DNA of 64,000 nucleotides from the human T2T-CHM13v2.0 reference genome, Homo sapiens. The translations under genes and the position numbers were made by a program. The notes beneath the pieces are model-generated. The model did no database searches. It was not told where the DNA came from and worked only from the letters and a program-made list of their open reading frames with translations. Shown in pieces: positions 52,190-64,000 of this stretch. How positions within the stretch are numbered: position 1 is the stretch's first letter; each line of letters starts with the position of its first letter. Location of the stretch: assembly GCF_009914755.1 (NCBI RefSeq), contig NC_060932.1. One strand, 5' to 3'.

Positions 52190-53750
52190 AACATAACCAT
52201 AGCAACCATGTTCTAGACACTCTTTTTCGTGTTTTACAGGCATTATTTTATTTTCTTCTCTCATCGACCCTCAGAGATAGGAATCTTAATCCTCATTTTA
52301 CAGATTCAAAAACTTGACTTTGAGAAGTTAAATAGCATGCTCCATGCCACAAAGCTAGTACAAAGGGTAAGTCAGGATTTAAACCCAGCTCCATGGGTTC
52401 CAAAGACAGTACTGTTCTCACTACACTTTTACAGCCTCCAAGTTCATAACCTTTAAATCTTCAGCCTCTATCCCTTTGCTCTTGCAATTTGGCTTGCCTA
52501 GAGGGCACTCCTGCTTACTCTGTTTCTCTGAGTAGGACCATGACTTCCTCCAAGGCTCACTTCATCGACTATAATTCCATCCCACAATGACTAGTCACCT
52601 GTCCTGTGGCCATTCCTTCATGCTGCAACAAATGTTAACATGTCAAGCACTGGAAATAAAGCAGTGAGCAAAATACATAAAGTCCCTGTCACTGTCCTCA
52701 TGAAGCTTATCTTTTTGTGTGATGACACAAATAATAAATACCAAATTTCAGTCTATGGAAGATGATGAGTTACATGGAGAAAACTAAAGGTAAGAGGAAT
52801 GGCGAGAGAGGAGCAGGGGAGGGTGACTCATTAGTGCAGTCAGAGAAGGCCTCACTGAAAAGGAGGCATCTGGGCAGGGACCTACAGGAAGTGAGGCAGT
52901 GAGCCAGGGAGGAAGAGCCAGTGTAAAACTCCCCAAGACAGAAGCATGCTTGGCACAGTCAATGGCAAGGCAAGAGGCTGGCGTGGCAGGAGCAAGGTGA
53001 GTGAGGGGAACTGGTGGGGGTGGGGTGGAGAGGCAGTGGAGTCAGATCATGCTGGACCTTTGTGGCCATCAGAGACTTCTGAATAGAGGAGTCAGATGAT
53101 TATGTCTGAAAAGGTTCACTCTAGGTGTGATGAGAACAGAGTCAGGGAACACAGGTAGACACAGGGCCTCCAGTTAAGGAGTAAGTAATAAATGTGGTGG
53201 TAACAGCATTGGTGTGGTGAGATTTGGGTGTATTTAAAGGTATCAACCAGTAGGATCTGCTGATGAATTCAATATGGAGTGTGTAAGAAATAGGAAGTAA
53301 AAAAATGACTCTGAGGTTTCTGACCTGATGACAGGAAGAGTGGAGTTATATTTACTGAGATGGCAAAAGACTGCAGAACACAGACATGGGGAACACAAAT
53401 GTTTTGCTTTAGACATGTTAAGTTTGAGGTATCCATAACATTTACATGGAGATGTTCTACAGAGTTAAAGAAAATATGAATCCAAAGCTCTGTCTTAAGG
53501 ACAGCGGAATCCTGAACATGTTTGTTAGAGAAAGATGGAGACAGCAAGGAGAAAAAGGCTGCACATTTGTGGGGGAAAAATATGTACTGGAGTAGAAAAG
53601 AACTGAGGCAGGTAAGACACACAAGATAAAATAAAGAGGACAAAAAGGAATAGGAGTTACAATAGAACTCTGGGGAACACTTCAGCTTAAAAGTATGAAA
53701 AGGAATTAGTGAAGGTGGCAAAGAAGAAAACAAAAGTAGGTGAAGAATAA
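52190..53750 (-). mobile_element. MIR (52190-52430) and long L2 (52610-53750)
   Basis: MIR core cctcattttacagat; L2 motifs ttttgctttagacatgttaagtttgagg. Confidence 0.7.
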
Positions 53751-54425
53751 GGATGGATCAGTATCATAAAGTTGAGGGAGGAATTCTGAGCTGAGGAGGA
53801 GTCGTGGGAGAGACTTCTAACAAAAAATGAATAAATTTGCCTGTTGGAATCTTAATATGCATGTTTAATAATATGAGTTAAAGTGCAAGGATGAAGGAGA
53901 CATGGATGAAGACAGAAATCTGGCACAGAGAAAAAGAGAAAAAGAAAATTAGACATATATACGCACATATCTAAATTCATTTTACCTTGCGGAATTGACT
54001 AATATATAAAAAATTTAAGCACCAGAACTAGAAGAAGTCAAATGGTCTTCCTTACCAGCCAACTGAGAACAAAATACATCTAGTGACAGGACTATCTGAG
54101 CAGGTGTTTCACAGCCTCACCTTTGTCCATGCTGGCATTCATCTATTTGGTATTTAGCCACTCTACAAATCTAAGACTATTTTCTATGAAGAATGTTCAA
54201 GATGCAATTCGAAACTGTGTACTAATGACAGTGTCCCAGTTATTAGGCCAAAGATTTCTCAATTACCTATAACTCTAAAATGCCTCTCTTTATTCACATC
54301 ACATTCAATATTGGTTTCCAGACTCTAAACTCCATGAATAGGTTATTTCTACTACAAACAGTGATGAAAAGCTATCTAATGAAAGATACCTCAAACTCAA
54401 ATAACAACAGGTAATAACAAAATTA

Positions 54426-54518
<93 letters not shown>

Positions 54519-54889
54519 CTAGAAAAAAAAATACACATTATAATACATGACAATTAAATATGATACAAAATTCAACTCAACAAACATGTATTCATCATTT
54601 ATTATTTGTGAAGCACTGTGCAAGAGAAGTTGGATACACAAAATGAAATTAGCTATGGTACCTGTTCTTGAAATCTCTGGGGTACGGGGACGACAAATAA
54701 TTGTAATACAGTATGGTTAAGAACTACCATAAAAATGGATACAAAGAGAGACACATGCAGCCTCTCTTTGGAAATTTAATCTGTTTGAGTAAGTCAGTAA
54801 AGGTTTTGGGGTGACATCTGTGTTGACTCAAAAGGGATCGATAGGAGTTGCCAAATATTAATAGAAAAGAAAGGAAAGGACAATCCACT

Positions 54890-56590
<1,701 letters not shown>

Positions 56591-59342
56591 CATCTTCCCT
56601 CACAAAACTCTGGCATGGGATTTACAACTCCTCAACATATACCTACAAATCTCCAAAAAAAAAATCACATTTTTTACAATTATTATATTGAAAATTTACT
56701 GAAAGCCCTCACTTGGATTTAGTGTGCAAAAGAACTACCCAAAACATTAAGTTATTATATCCTTAATGCTTATCTTTTAAGAGAAAAATATCAACTAAAA
56801 TCTTACATGATTTCACAAGTTCTTAAAAAAACACAGTTCATGAAATATAAGAGGAACAAAAATTTCAAACAAAGATAAAATTCTAACTATCACCACTGGG
56901 TGTCTCCAAGGAGGCTGAGGGATACAGAGGTAGGAGAGGGGCTTTTCAATGTTTATCTTTGCACTTTTTGAGTCTTGCAGTGTGTGTAATTATCATATAT
57001 TCACAAAATAAATAAAATTAAAATTGAAAAGTAAAATAAAAATCTACTACAAAGAAAAGCATGATCTTAAATCCCAAGGGACCAAATCATATAGACTACA
57101 CTTCTGGCATCATGCTTAAAGTGTCTTCCACTAATAGAATATCCTAAGGAAGCCTCCTGCAGTGTTTCATGGTATTTACTCTGGAGCAAACAGCCACTGT
57201 AAAAAGGCACCACTCACAGCTACTGTGCAAATCCCCTCCCCAACATATTTAGCTTACTAGATTACAGGTCTCTCCTCAATACCACCAATCTAGGGGTAAA
57301 CCTAGTAGCCTAGGAAGGGCATATGTGGCAATAAATATTCCTATCAGCTAAAGCAAATTAATGAAACTGCAGATACTATGTAATAACTTGTCATGACCTA
57401 TCAATTTGATGGTGTCCAGTAACAACTCAGATAAATAACTTGTTAAAATAAATTTTAAGGTGTTATCTCTAACAGTTCTCTTTAGGAGGGGAGTTGACAT
57501 TATTATTATGATTTTTTTTTAATGTAGGAAGGGCATTTACTATAACAGTTGCTATTTAGAAAGGTAAAATATTTATCACTTCACACATTAAGGATTGTGA
57601 AAGACTGACCAATATTAGCTCTCTGTTAAATATCACAAAATAATATTAAGTCAAAAACTGGGTAATGCGCATAGTCTAGATAACACCATGGCATACTAAA
57701 CTTAACTAAGGTAATCATTTTAGCCTCATTTATAGAAGCACTAATTTAGATATTAAAATGGTAGGGTCTGTATTAATCTTAATTTCTTAAGCAAAAAAGG
57801 CAGAGTTTAATTTTAAAATAGATACAAATTACATAGGTCTGTGCAAAATATCCAAGTTATTCTATTCATTATAAGGTACTAATTTAAGTAAGGCTAGTCT
57901 ACAAATACTTAGCTTAAATGCTATACTGAACCACAAGACATAGCTTTTATGAAATAAATCCAAATGAGACCAAAACTGTTTTTAAAGAATGGACTTTAAA
58001 ATAAATATCTGAACCCATCAACAAATACATCCTGAGTGATAATTCATTCACCTACCCACTTAAGAATTAAAATTAAAATGAATATTAAGTTCTCTCACTA
58101 GGTAGAATAATCTAAAGTAGGAAGGTAGAATAATCTACAGTAACTCATTTTGGAAAAAACACTATAAATTATGAGTTCTAACAATAAAAATTTGACCTCC
58201 GTGTTAGAATCATGTTGTTTTAAAAATAATTATATCTACTTTTATATAAGACTGCTGCAAATGTAAAAAAGATTTCTTTAAAGATTATCATTTTAAAAAC
58301 CATATACTACTAGAATTTTCTTTTTAATAACAGTAAAACAAATTTCATCAAAATCCTGTGTCACACTGTCAGTCATAAAACTCTCAGAGCTATCACCCAC
58401 ATTCCCACCTCACTTCACCAGTGAATGGAAATAACTGAGAGGCTTCTACTCGTGACTTTTCTAATTTAGCCATCCTGGGAACAGCTTGTAAAGCGAACTA
58501 GTATAGGTCAAAACATGGGCGAGGCTGAGCTAATCAGAAACTGTCAGCAGTAGCACAAACAAGTTAAACTGTAAAGCACCAAAGGACCCACTGCCTCACT
58601 AACAGGAGTTCTGAGTGCCCTGGTAAGACTCACCTTGAATTAGGGTGAATCATTCTTCCACAAAAGATTTGACTTGAAGGTAAATGATAAAAGGTGTAAA
58701 AGTTGTTCCCAATATTAGTTAATACATAACTTTTAAAGACAGACATGTTTTAAAACCCAGCAAAGATATTTTAAGTGTCATTGTTTTTATTTTGTTCCAA
58801 GTTTTCCACTAAATGATTTATTAGCAAAAGCAAGTGCCATTTCCATTACACGGTAAGAGTGATAATATATTAACTAACACTTGCTGTGCTCCTTGTGCCA
58901 AAAAAATGTTCCAAGTGTTTTCGCACAAAATCTCATTCAACCCACACAAGATCTCTATAAGGTAGGCTTTATTAGTTCCATTTTGCAGATTCATAAACTG
59001 ATGGTTAAAGGGCTTAAACACGGGAGCACTGAACAAAATTTTTGGCAACATTACCGAAAAAATAATAATATAGCAAAAGATGAAGCCCAGCCAAAGTTGT
59101 GAAGTCAATTTCCTCTGACATAGCAAAATGAGCTTTTTCAGAGTAGTCATCTTACATATGCTAGAAAAACATGCTTGTACTTGAGTGCCTAAAGTATTCA
59201 AATATTGCACTGATCTACCAAACAGTATCCTTCCCATTCTTCTTCCTTTTTTCAACAGTTTTTTTAAAAATAAAATATTAGCATTGTTTTTGTTTAAAAA
59301 CAATTTAATTTTTTGGTGGCAATTAAAAGAGTAAAGTCTAGA

Positions 59343-59455
59343 GGCCAGGTGCATTGTCTCACATCTCAGTTCTTTGGAAAGTTGAGGTAGGAGGATTGCT
59401 TGAGCCCAGGAGTTTGAGACCAGCCTGGGCAACATAGTAAGACCTCATCTCTACA
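59343..59455 (+). mobile_element. FLAM/Alu monomer
   Basis: ggaggattgcttgagcccaggagtttgagaccagcctgggc. Confidence 0.85.
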
Positions 59456-60556
59456 GGGGGGGGAAAAAAAAAAAGTAAAGTCTCTGAAAACACCCACAAG
59501 ACAACTAATGCATTATTAACATTAACTTGACCTTCATTCAATAACTTGGCAAGCCAATCCTTTAAAAACAAGAAAATAGCTGTCACTGCAACAAAATTAA
59601 TTCTTAACTTTTAAAACACAAAGATTTTAAAATTTAAATACATTATTTTTCTTTAAGAGATTTCTTCAATCATATTCACTAAGAAAAGAAGACCAAGAGA
59701 TAATTATGCTTAAAACATTATGTTTAAACGTGGAAAATTACATAGCAGGTATTAAAATCTTGCTTGAGAAAGAAAATTAACTTTATAGAAGCTTTGTTTC
59801 TAAGTGATAGCCTTAAAAATTCAGTTTCTCAATCTAGAAAGAAAAAAAGCTGTGTGGTGGATGAAAGATATAATCATTTTTATAGAAGAATAGAAAAAAA
59901 TAATTTCAAAGAGTATAATTTTAAATATGTTTTACTTTAGTTTTAGACCCTTCTCCAGATGGCAAATGGCTAGCTAGCATTCTATCAAGAATTTCTCAAG
60001 CCTGACATTTAGAATTCAACTTCAAAAACAACATATATGTAATCCTACATTTATGTCATTATATTATAGCTAAGGCACGTATTTTAGCAGTAGCAAGACC
60101 TTAGGAGAAAACATGATAGACGGTGGTTTTTCGTTTTTAAAAAGTTTATAATTGTTTAGAAATCCTCAACATTATACTTTAAATACACAAGTGTTATTAC
60201 ATTTTCTCCGAGAGAATGTTTAAAATATATACACCAAAAGTATAACTTAATTTTATAATCTTAAAAGTTAAACTTCTTTAGTCATAAAAACTTCTTTAAG
60301 GCAGTGATACTGAGGAATGCTGCTTTGATACTGAGGAAAGATATTATAAAAAGCCCTTAAGAAGAAATAATGTGGGATAAGAACAAAAACTACAAATAGT
60401 AAATTTAAGCCCTTTGGTCGACAGATGAAACTCACAGCTCTTTTAATCAGAGAATAAAAACTGAGGCAAAAGGAGGAGAAAATCGAGCTATTTAATTCCT
60501 ATCAAATATGTAAACTAATGATGAATGTCACCATCCTAAAAATAAAGATGGCCTAC

Positions 60557-60616
60557 CTTAGAGGTGATCCACTTGATAAGAACCAAGGCCAGACACCAGA
60601 TCAATGTAATTCCCAT
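60557..60616 (-). CDS. PDE7A: PDE7A2-specific first coding exon (hydrophobic N-terminus MGITLIWCLALVLIKWITSK)
   Basis: ATG at 60616; 20 codons matching the recalled PDE7A2 N-terminus; donor AAG|GTAGGC at 60557/60556; phase 0 joins the next exon. Confidence 0.95.
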
Positions 60617-60900
60617 TGGATCAATCAAAAGCCCGCTGCATAATCTCTCTCTTCTACTAGGGAGCAAGGAAAACTTCTTAGGAGTCTGATAAATACCAGC
60701 TGTCCCGAGGCAAAAGAGAGGGGACACTGACTGCCTTGGACCTCAAGCAGCTGCCTTCCAACAGTGATCACCTGACTCCTCTGGGAATGCACTACCCAGC
60801 CAGCCTTCTTACCCAGCGCATGCTTCATGCCACAACCGCAGGGTTGGGGTAGAACTGCCTAAGTAATGTTGGAAGAGGGGAGGGAAAAGACTTTAGTGAG
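60617..60900 (-). promoter_or_regulatory. PDE7A: PDE7A2 5'UTR / proximal promoter region
   Basis: Unique, GC-richer sequence upstream of the PDE7A2 ATG. It has CAGCTG E-boxes (60697, 60748), MCAT GGAATG (60784) and TGATAA (60687). The TSS cannot be determined from sequence. Confidence 0.6.
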
Positions 60901-61449
60901 CGCTGACCTAACAGTCTAACAAAATGTAGGCAAAGGAGGCCTCAGGCCAGCCCCAAACACTTCTACAATCTTAGTACTAACAGAGTGCCTTAAAACAACT
61001 TTCAAAAAATGTGTGGCAGTACTAAAAATTTCTTCATTCTTTTCACATAGAACTGTTTCACAAGCACAGTGTCCTGTGACATTTTAAAATATTAATGCAT
61101 TTTATTCCATCTTTTCAATTTTTAATTGAAATTTGTTCAACTTTTTATTTCTTTTAGGGATAGAACTACTTTATGAATATTAGAGGCTGTCATATTATCT
61201 ATGCTTCTTAACATTATAATTCACTCATTTTGGACTTACTGAAAAAAAGCCAGTCTAATAGTGCATTTTCAAATAATTAAGGACATATTATTTTCAAGCA
61301 CTAACTGCAATCTAACTTATATTTTTGGTACAGATCTTGTTCTCGCGGCTGTAAGTGAGCTTTCTAATAACAAAGTATGCTTCTATTCATCCATCTTCAT
61401 AACCGAGAGGCTGCAGATAATACTGCTGAGAAAATGCCTTTTGTGAAAC

Positions 61450-62110
61450 TTTCATTCAAGTATTCAGCAAATATTTATTAAGCTGCTAATATGTACCAGG
61501 CTCTGCACCAGATGGCAGGGATATAAGCATCAAGTAAAAGCAGACAAGGTTCCTGCCCTTGTGGTGCTTGCAATTTAGTTGGAGTGTACATTAATCAAAT
61601 TATGTAAATAAACACAAAATTGCAACTGTAACAAATGCGATGAAGCAGACGTAGGAAACGCCAACAAACCTGAATCTGACCTAGTTAAGAGGTGAAGGAC
61701 TTCTTCCAGAATCTCTGAAATGACCCTGAGATAAAGTGTGATGGTGCAAGAATTGTGAAGACAGAAGACAGATTGTGCAGACGAAGAACAGGCGTGAGGG
61801 CCAAAGGGTGAGACAAAACCAAGCCAAGCAAGTCTGAGAGACAGAAAGACCAGGGCGGCTCAAGGGCAGGGAGGAGGAGCCAGATGACGCTGCAGCCCTG
61901 GGGAGCAGAGGCCAGGCCCTACGAGGGCCATGTGGGGGTGTCTTGTCTGAATTTCAATCTACTGAAGTACTGTAGTAGATTTTGCTTTTTAAAAAGACCA
62001 CTTTGGTCAAGTATAGGGAGGTGGGGTAGGGGCTGGATGGGCAGTCAGGCCACCACTGCAGAGGTCCCAGAGAAAGGTGAAGATGGCATGGGCTGACTGA
62101 AGAACACTCA
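61450..62110 (-). mobile_element. L2 3' fragment
   Basis: ttcattcaagtattcagcaaatatttattaagc...ccaggctctg is a typical antisense L2 end. Confidence 0.75.
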
Positions 62111-64000
62111 GGAGGTGACTGCAGTCCATGACAAGACAACGTCATCTGATTATCAATGTACACAAATGATGATCCTAAAATATTTGAAAAGAACCAAAAT
62201 AGTTCAAATAATAATATTATTTTCATTATCTAATCCTCAGTACAAAGAGCTTATTTAAAAGAGAAGTCAGTTCTAGGCTTGTCAAAATGAAGTGCAAATT
62301 AAATTTATAGGTGTAAATCCAAATTTTCCTAACCTGAAACCATTCTTAACACATGGCCATAAAATTTTCACTTCTTGCTACAGAACTAACAAGTTATAAT
62401 ACTCATCTTTGCATAAATCCAGATAACATTTTAATTTTTGCCATGAGACTAGCTTTAATATGAGACCGTCAAGGTCTCTGATTACTCTGTCTTCCAGTAA
62501 GGTTCTAGCAACTAAACTTGAAGGATGCCTAGGCATGAGACAGAGCAGCAGAGTGTATCTTAGGCCAATGCTCCAGGGAAACACTGGCGGTCATCTGTAA
62601 GAGGCTGTGCAGCCTGGGCCCCTGGCTTCGAGGTCATTCTCTGCCACTCTGGCCTGGGCTATACACTCCAAACCAGCCTATAACCTCGATGCTTGGCCCA
62701 GGGATGCTACCCTTCCCACCTTCACATTTCTCTTCCAATCAACTGCTCAAAAAGAGTCAAGTTTTGGAAAGCGAATACAAGATGGCTATTTTTGGTACAA
62801 TACTTGAAAAATCATAATTGAGATGAAGATTTAAAAAGAGGAAGTAAGAAAGGCAGTTCTAAAAGTTGTCTCACTGAAATGAATTTCTATCTAGATTATT
62901 TCTACCATCTCAAAACTCTACTGTGCTTGAAGTTCAGAGCCTAGATTTATTTCCCAGCTTTACTGCCATGGGCAAATCACCACTTCTCTGTGCCTTAATT
63001 TTTCTCCCCTTCATGGGAGGTAAGTGGTATCTATAAACGAACAGCTAGCTCGTAGTGGACTCTCAACAAATTTTTGCTAAATCAGAATTAAATTCTACTG
63101 TATTTAAAACCTAGAAATGAGAATGCCCTAAACACTCCAGCTTCACCTTAACTCTAGACCTAACTGCAATCACAATGGTCCATGAAGGGAACTTGCACTG
63201 TGTTTGCAAGTGCCCTGAGAAACCTCCGATTCTCAGCAGGATTAGGCTCTTGGCTTTCATTTCTCACGCTAGTTAATAGGTTGGCTCCCTAAAATGCTTC
63301 CCCCAGCATCCACTTCCTAATTTCCACTAATGTCTGACACGGTAATACAGAGATAATCAAGACACAATTCTCCCCCAGATCAGAAAATTTCCTATTAGAA
63401 CAGAAACAGCTACTGAGTTTATGCCTGAAGTCGTAAAGCTTTCATTGCTAATGACACATTTACATCACTCAAATCTTACAAAAATCTCAGGCAACACAGT
63501 TTTTCTTAAAGTAGTAATCTCAACTTTCTCAATGTCATAAACCTAATGGCTGTAAGACTTTTTCTTATTTTGAGATACACTTAGTACTACTTATCTTGGT
63601 GATTTATAATTAAATTTTAATAATAATAAAATTTCAATAAGATGAAATAAAAACAAATGCTGTTTCAAATTACTATAAAATCTCTTTTACCATAAATATT
63701 ATGCTTATAACTTAGATAATTCTCCTAAAAGTTTATTTTTCCAGAGTTGGATCATGTAGTTTATTATTCTATAAAGTTACCTCTTTTACACTAACAACAA
63801 ATGTATTCTTTTACATTAACTGTTTTCGTAGTTGTCTCATATCCTTAGTGAAACATGGCAAAGTAATAAATCAGGTGACTATTCTAGAAAAATTAATGCA
63901 TAGGATACACTTAAAATTTTCAAAAACAGAATTTGATACTATAAGAAGAAAGTATAAAACTTTTTACCTTTCTGGGGTTTATAAGGCTAATATCAGAAAA

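Noticed and set aside
58100-58137. Short direct repeat aggtagaataatcta x2 (similar cases at 46260-46298 and 60305-60338)
   Set aside because: Ordinary slippage duplications; not arrays and not CRISPR-like.
58821-59435. Longest ORF (204 aa, minus)
   Set aside because: Starts at a non-ATG codon in an Alu monomer and runs through AT-rich and MIR sequence; no recognisable domain or splice structure.

Overview
Human (primate) intronic-type genomic DNA. It holds the 5' half of the cAMP-specific phosphodiesterase gene PDE7A on the minus strand. The PDE7A2-specific first coding exon (MGITLIWCLALVLIKWITSK, 60557-60616) is followed by six shared exons (54458-54518, 51395-51478, 19329-19480, 17084-17147, 11179-11274, 6471-6571). 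All have GT-AG boundaries and consistent phases, and they run into the start of the catalytic domain ([10 protein letters not shown]). The remaining exons lie left of the window and the PDE7A1 first exon lies right of it. The rest is mostly transposon-derived: more than 30 Alus (one very young AluYa5-lineage copy), three THE1 solo LTRs, MLT2A, MER21/ERVL, MLT1, old L1/HAL1, L2, MIR, MER1B, MER44, Tigger1 and Charlie1. Repeat subfamily names are from recalled consensus sequences, not from a search. Most long ORFs in the supplied track are repeat artefacts. Best leads: (1) a sense-oriented THE1 LTR in intron 3 with an intact DUX4 motif, a mutated poly(A) signal, a strong splice donor and a gained ATG in frame with PDE7A exon 4; (2) a plus-strand terminal exon inside intron 3, probably an alternative last exon of neighbouring MTFR1; (3) a 49-bp-stem hairpin at 34774-34886; (4) a spacerless inverted half-Alu fusion; (5) a ~200-bp local duplication; (6) apparent loss of poly(A) signals in three sense-oriented LTRs. 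No wholly new system is demonstrated; these are testable hypotheses.
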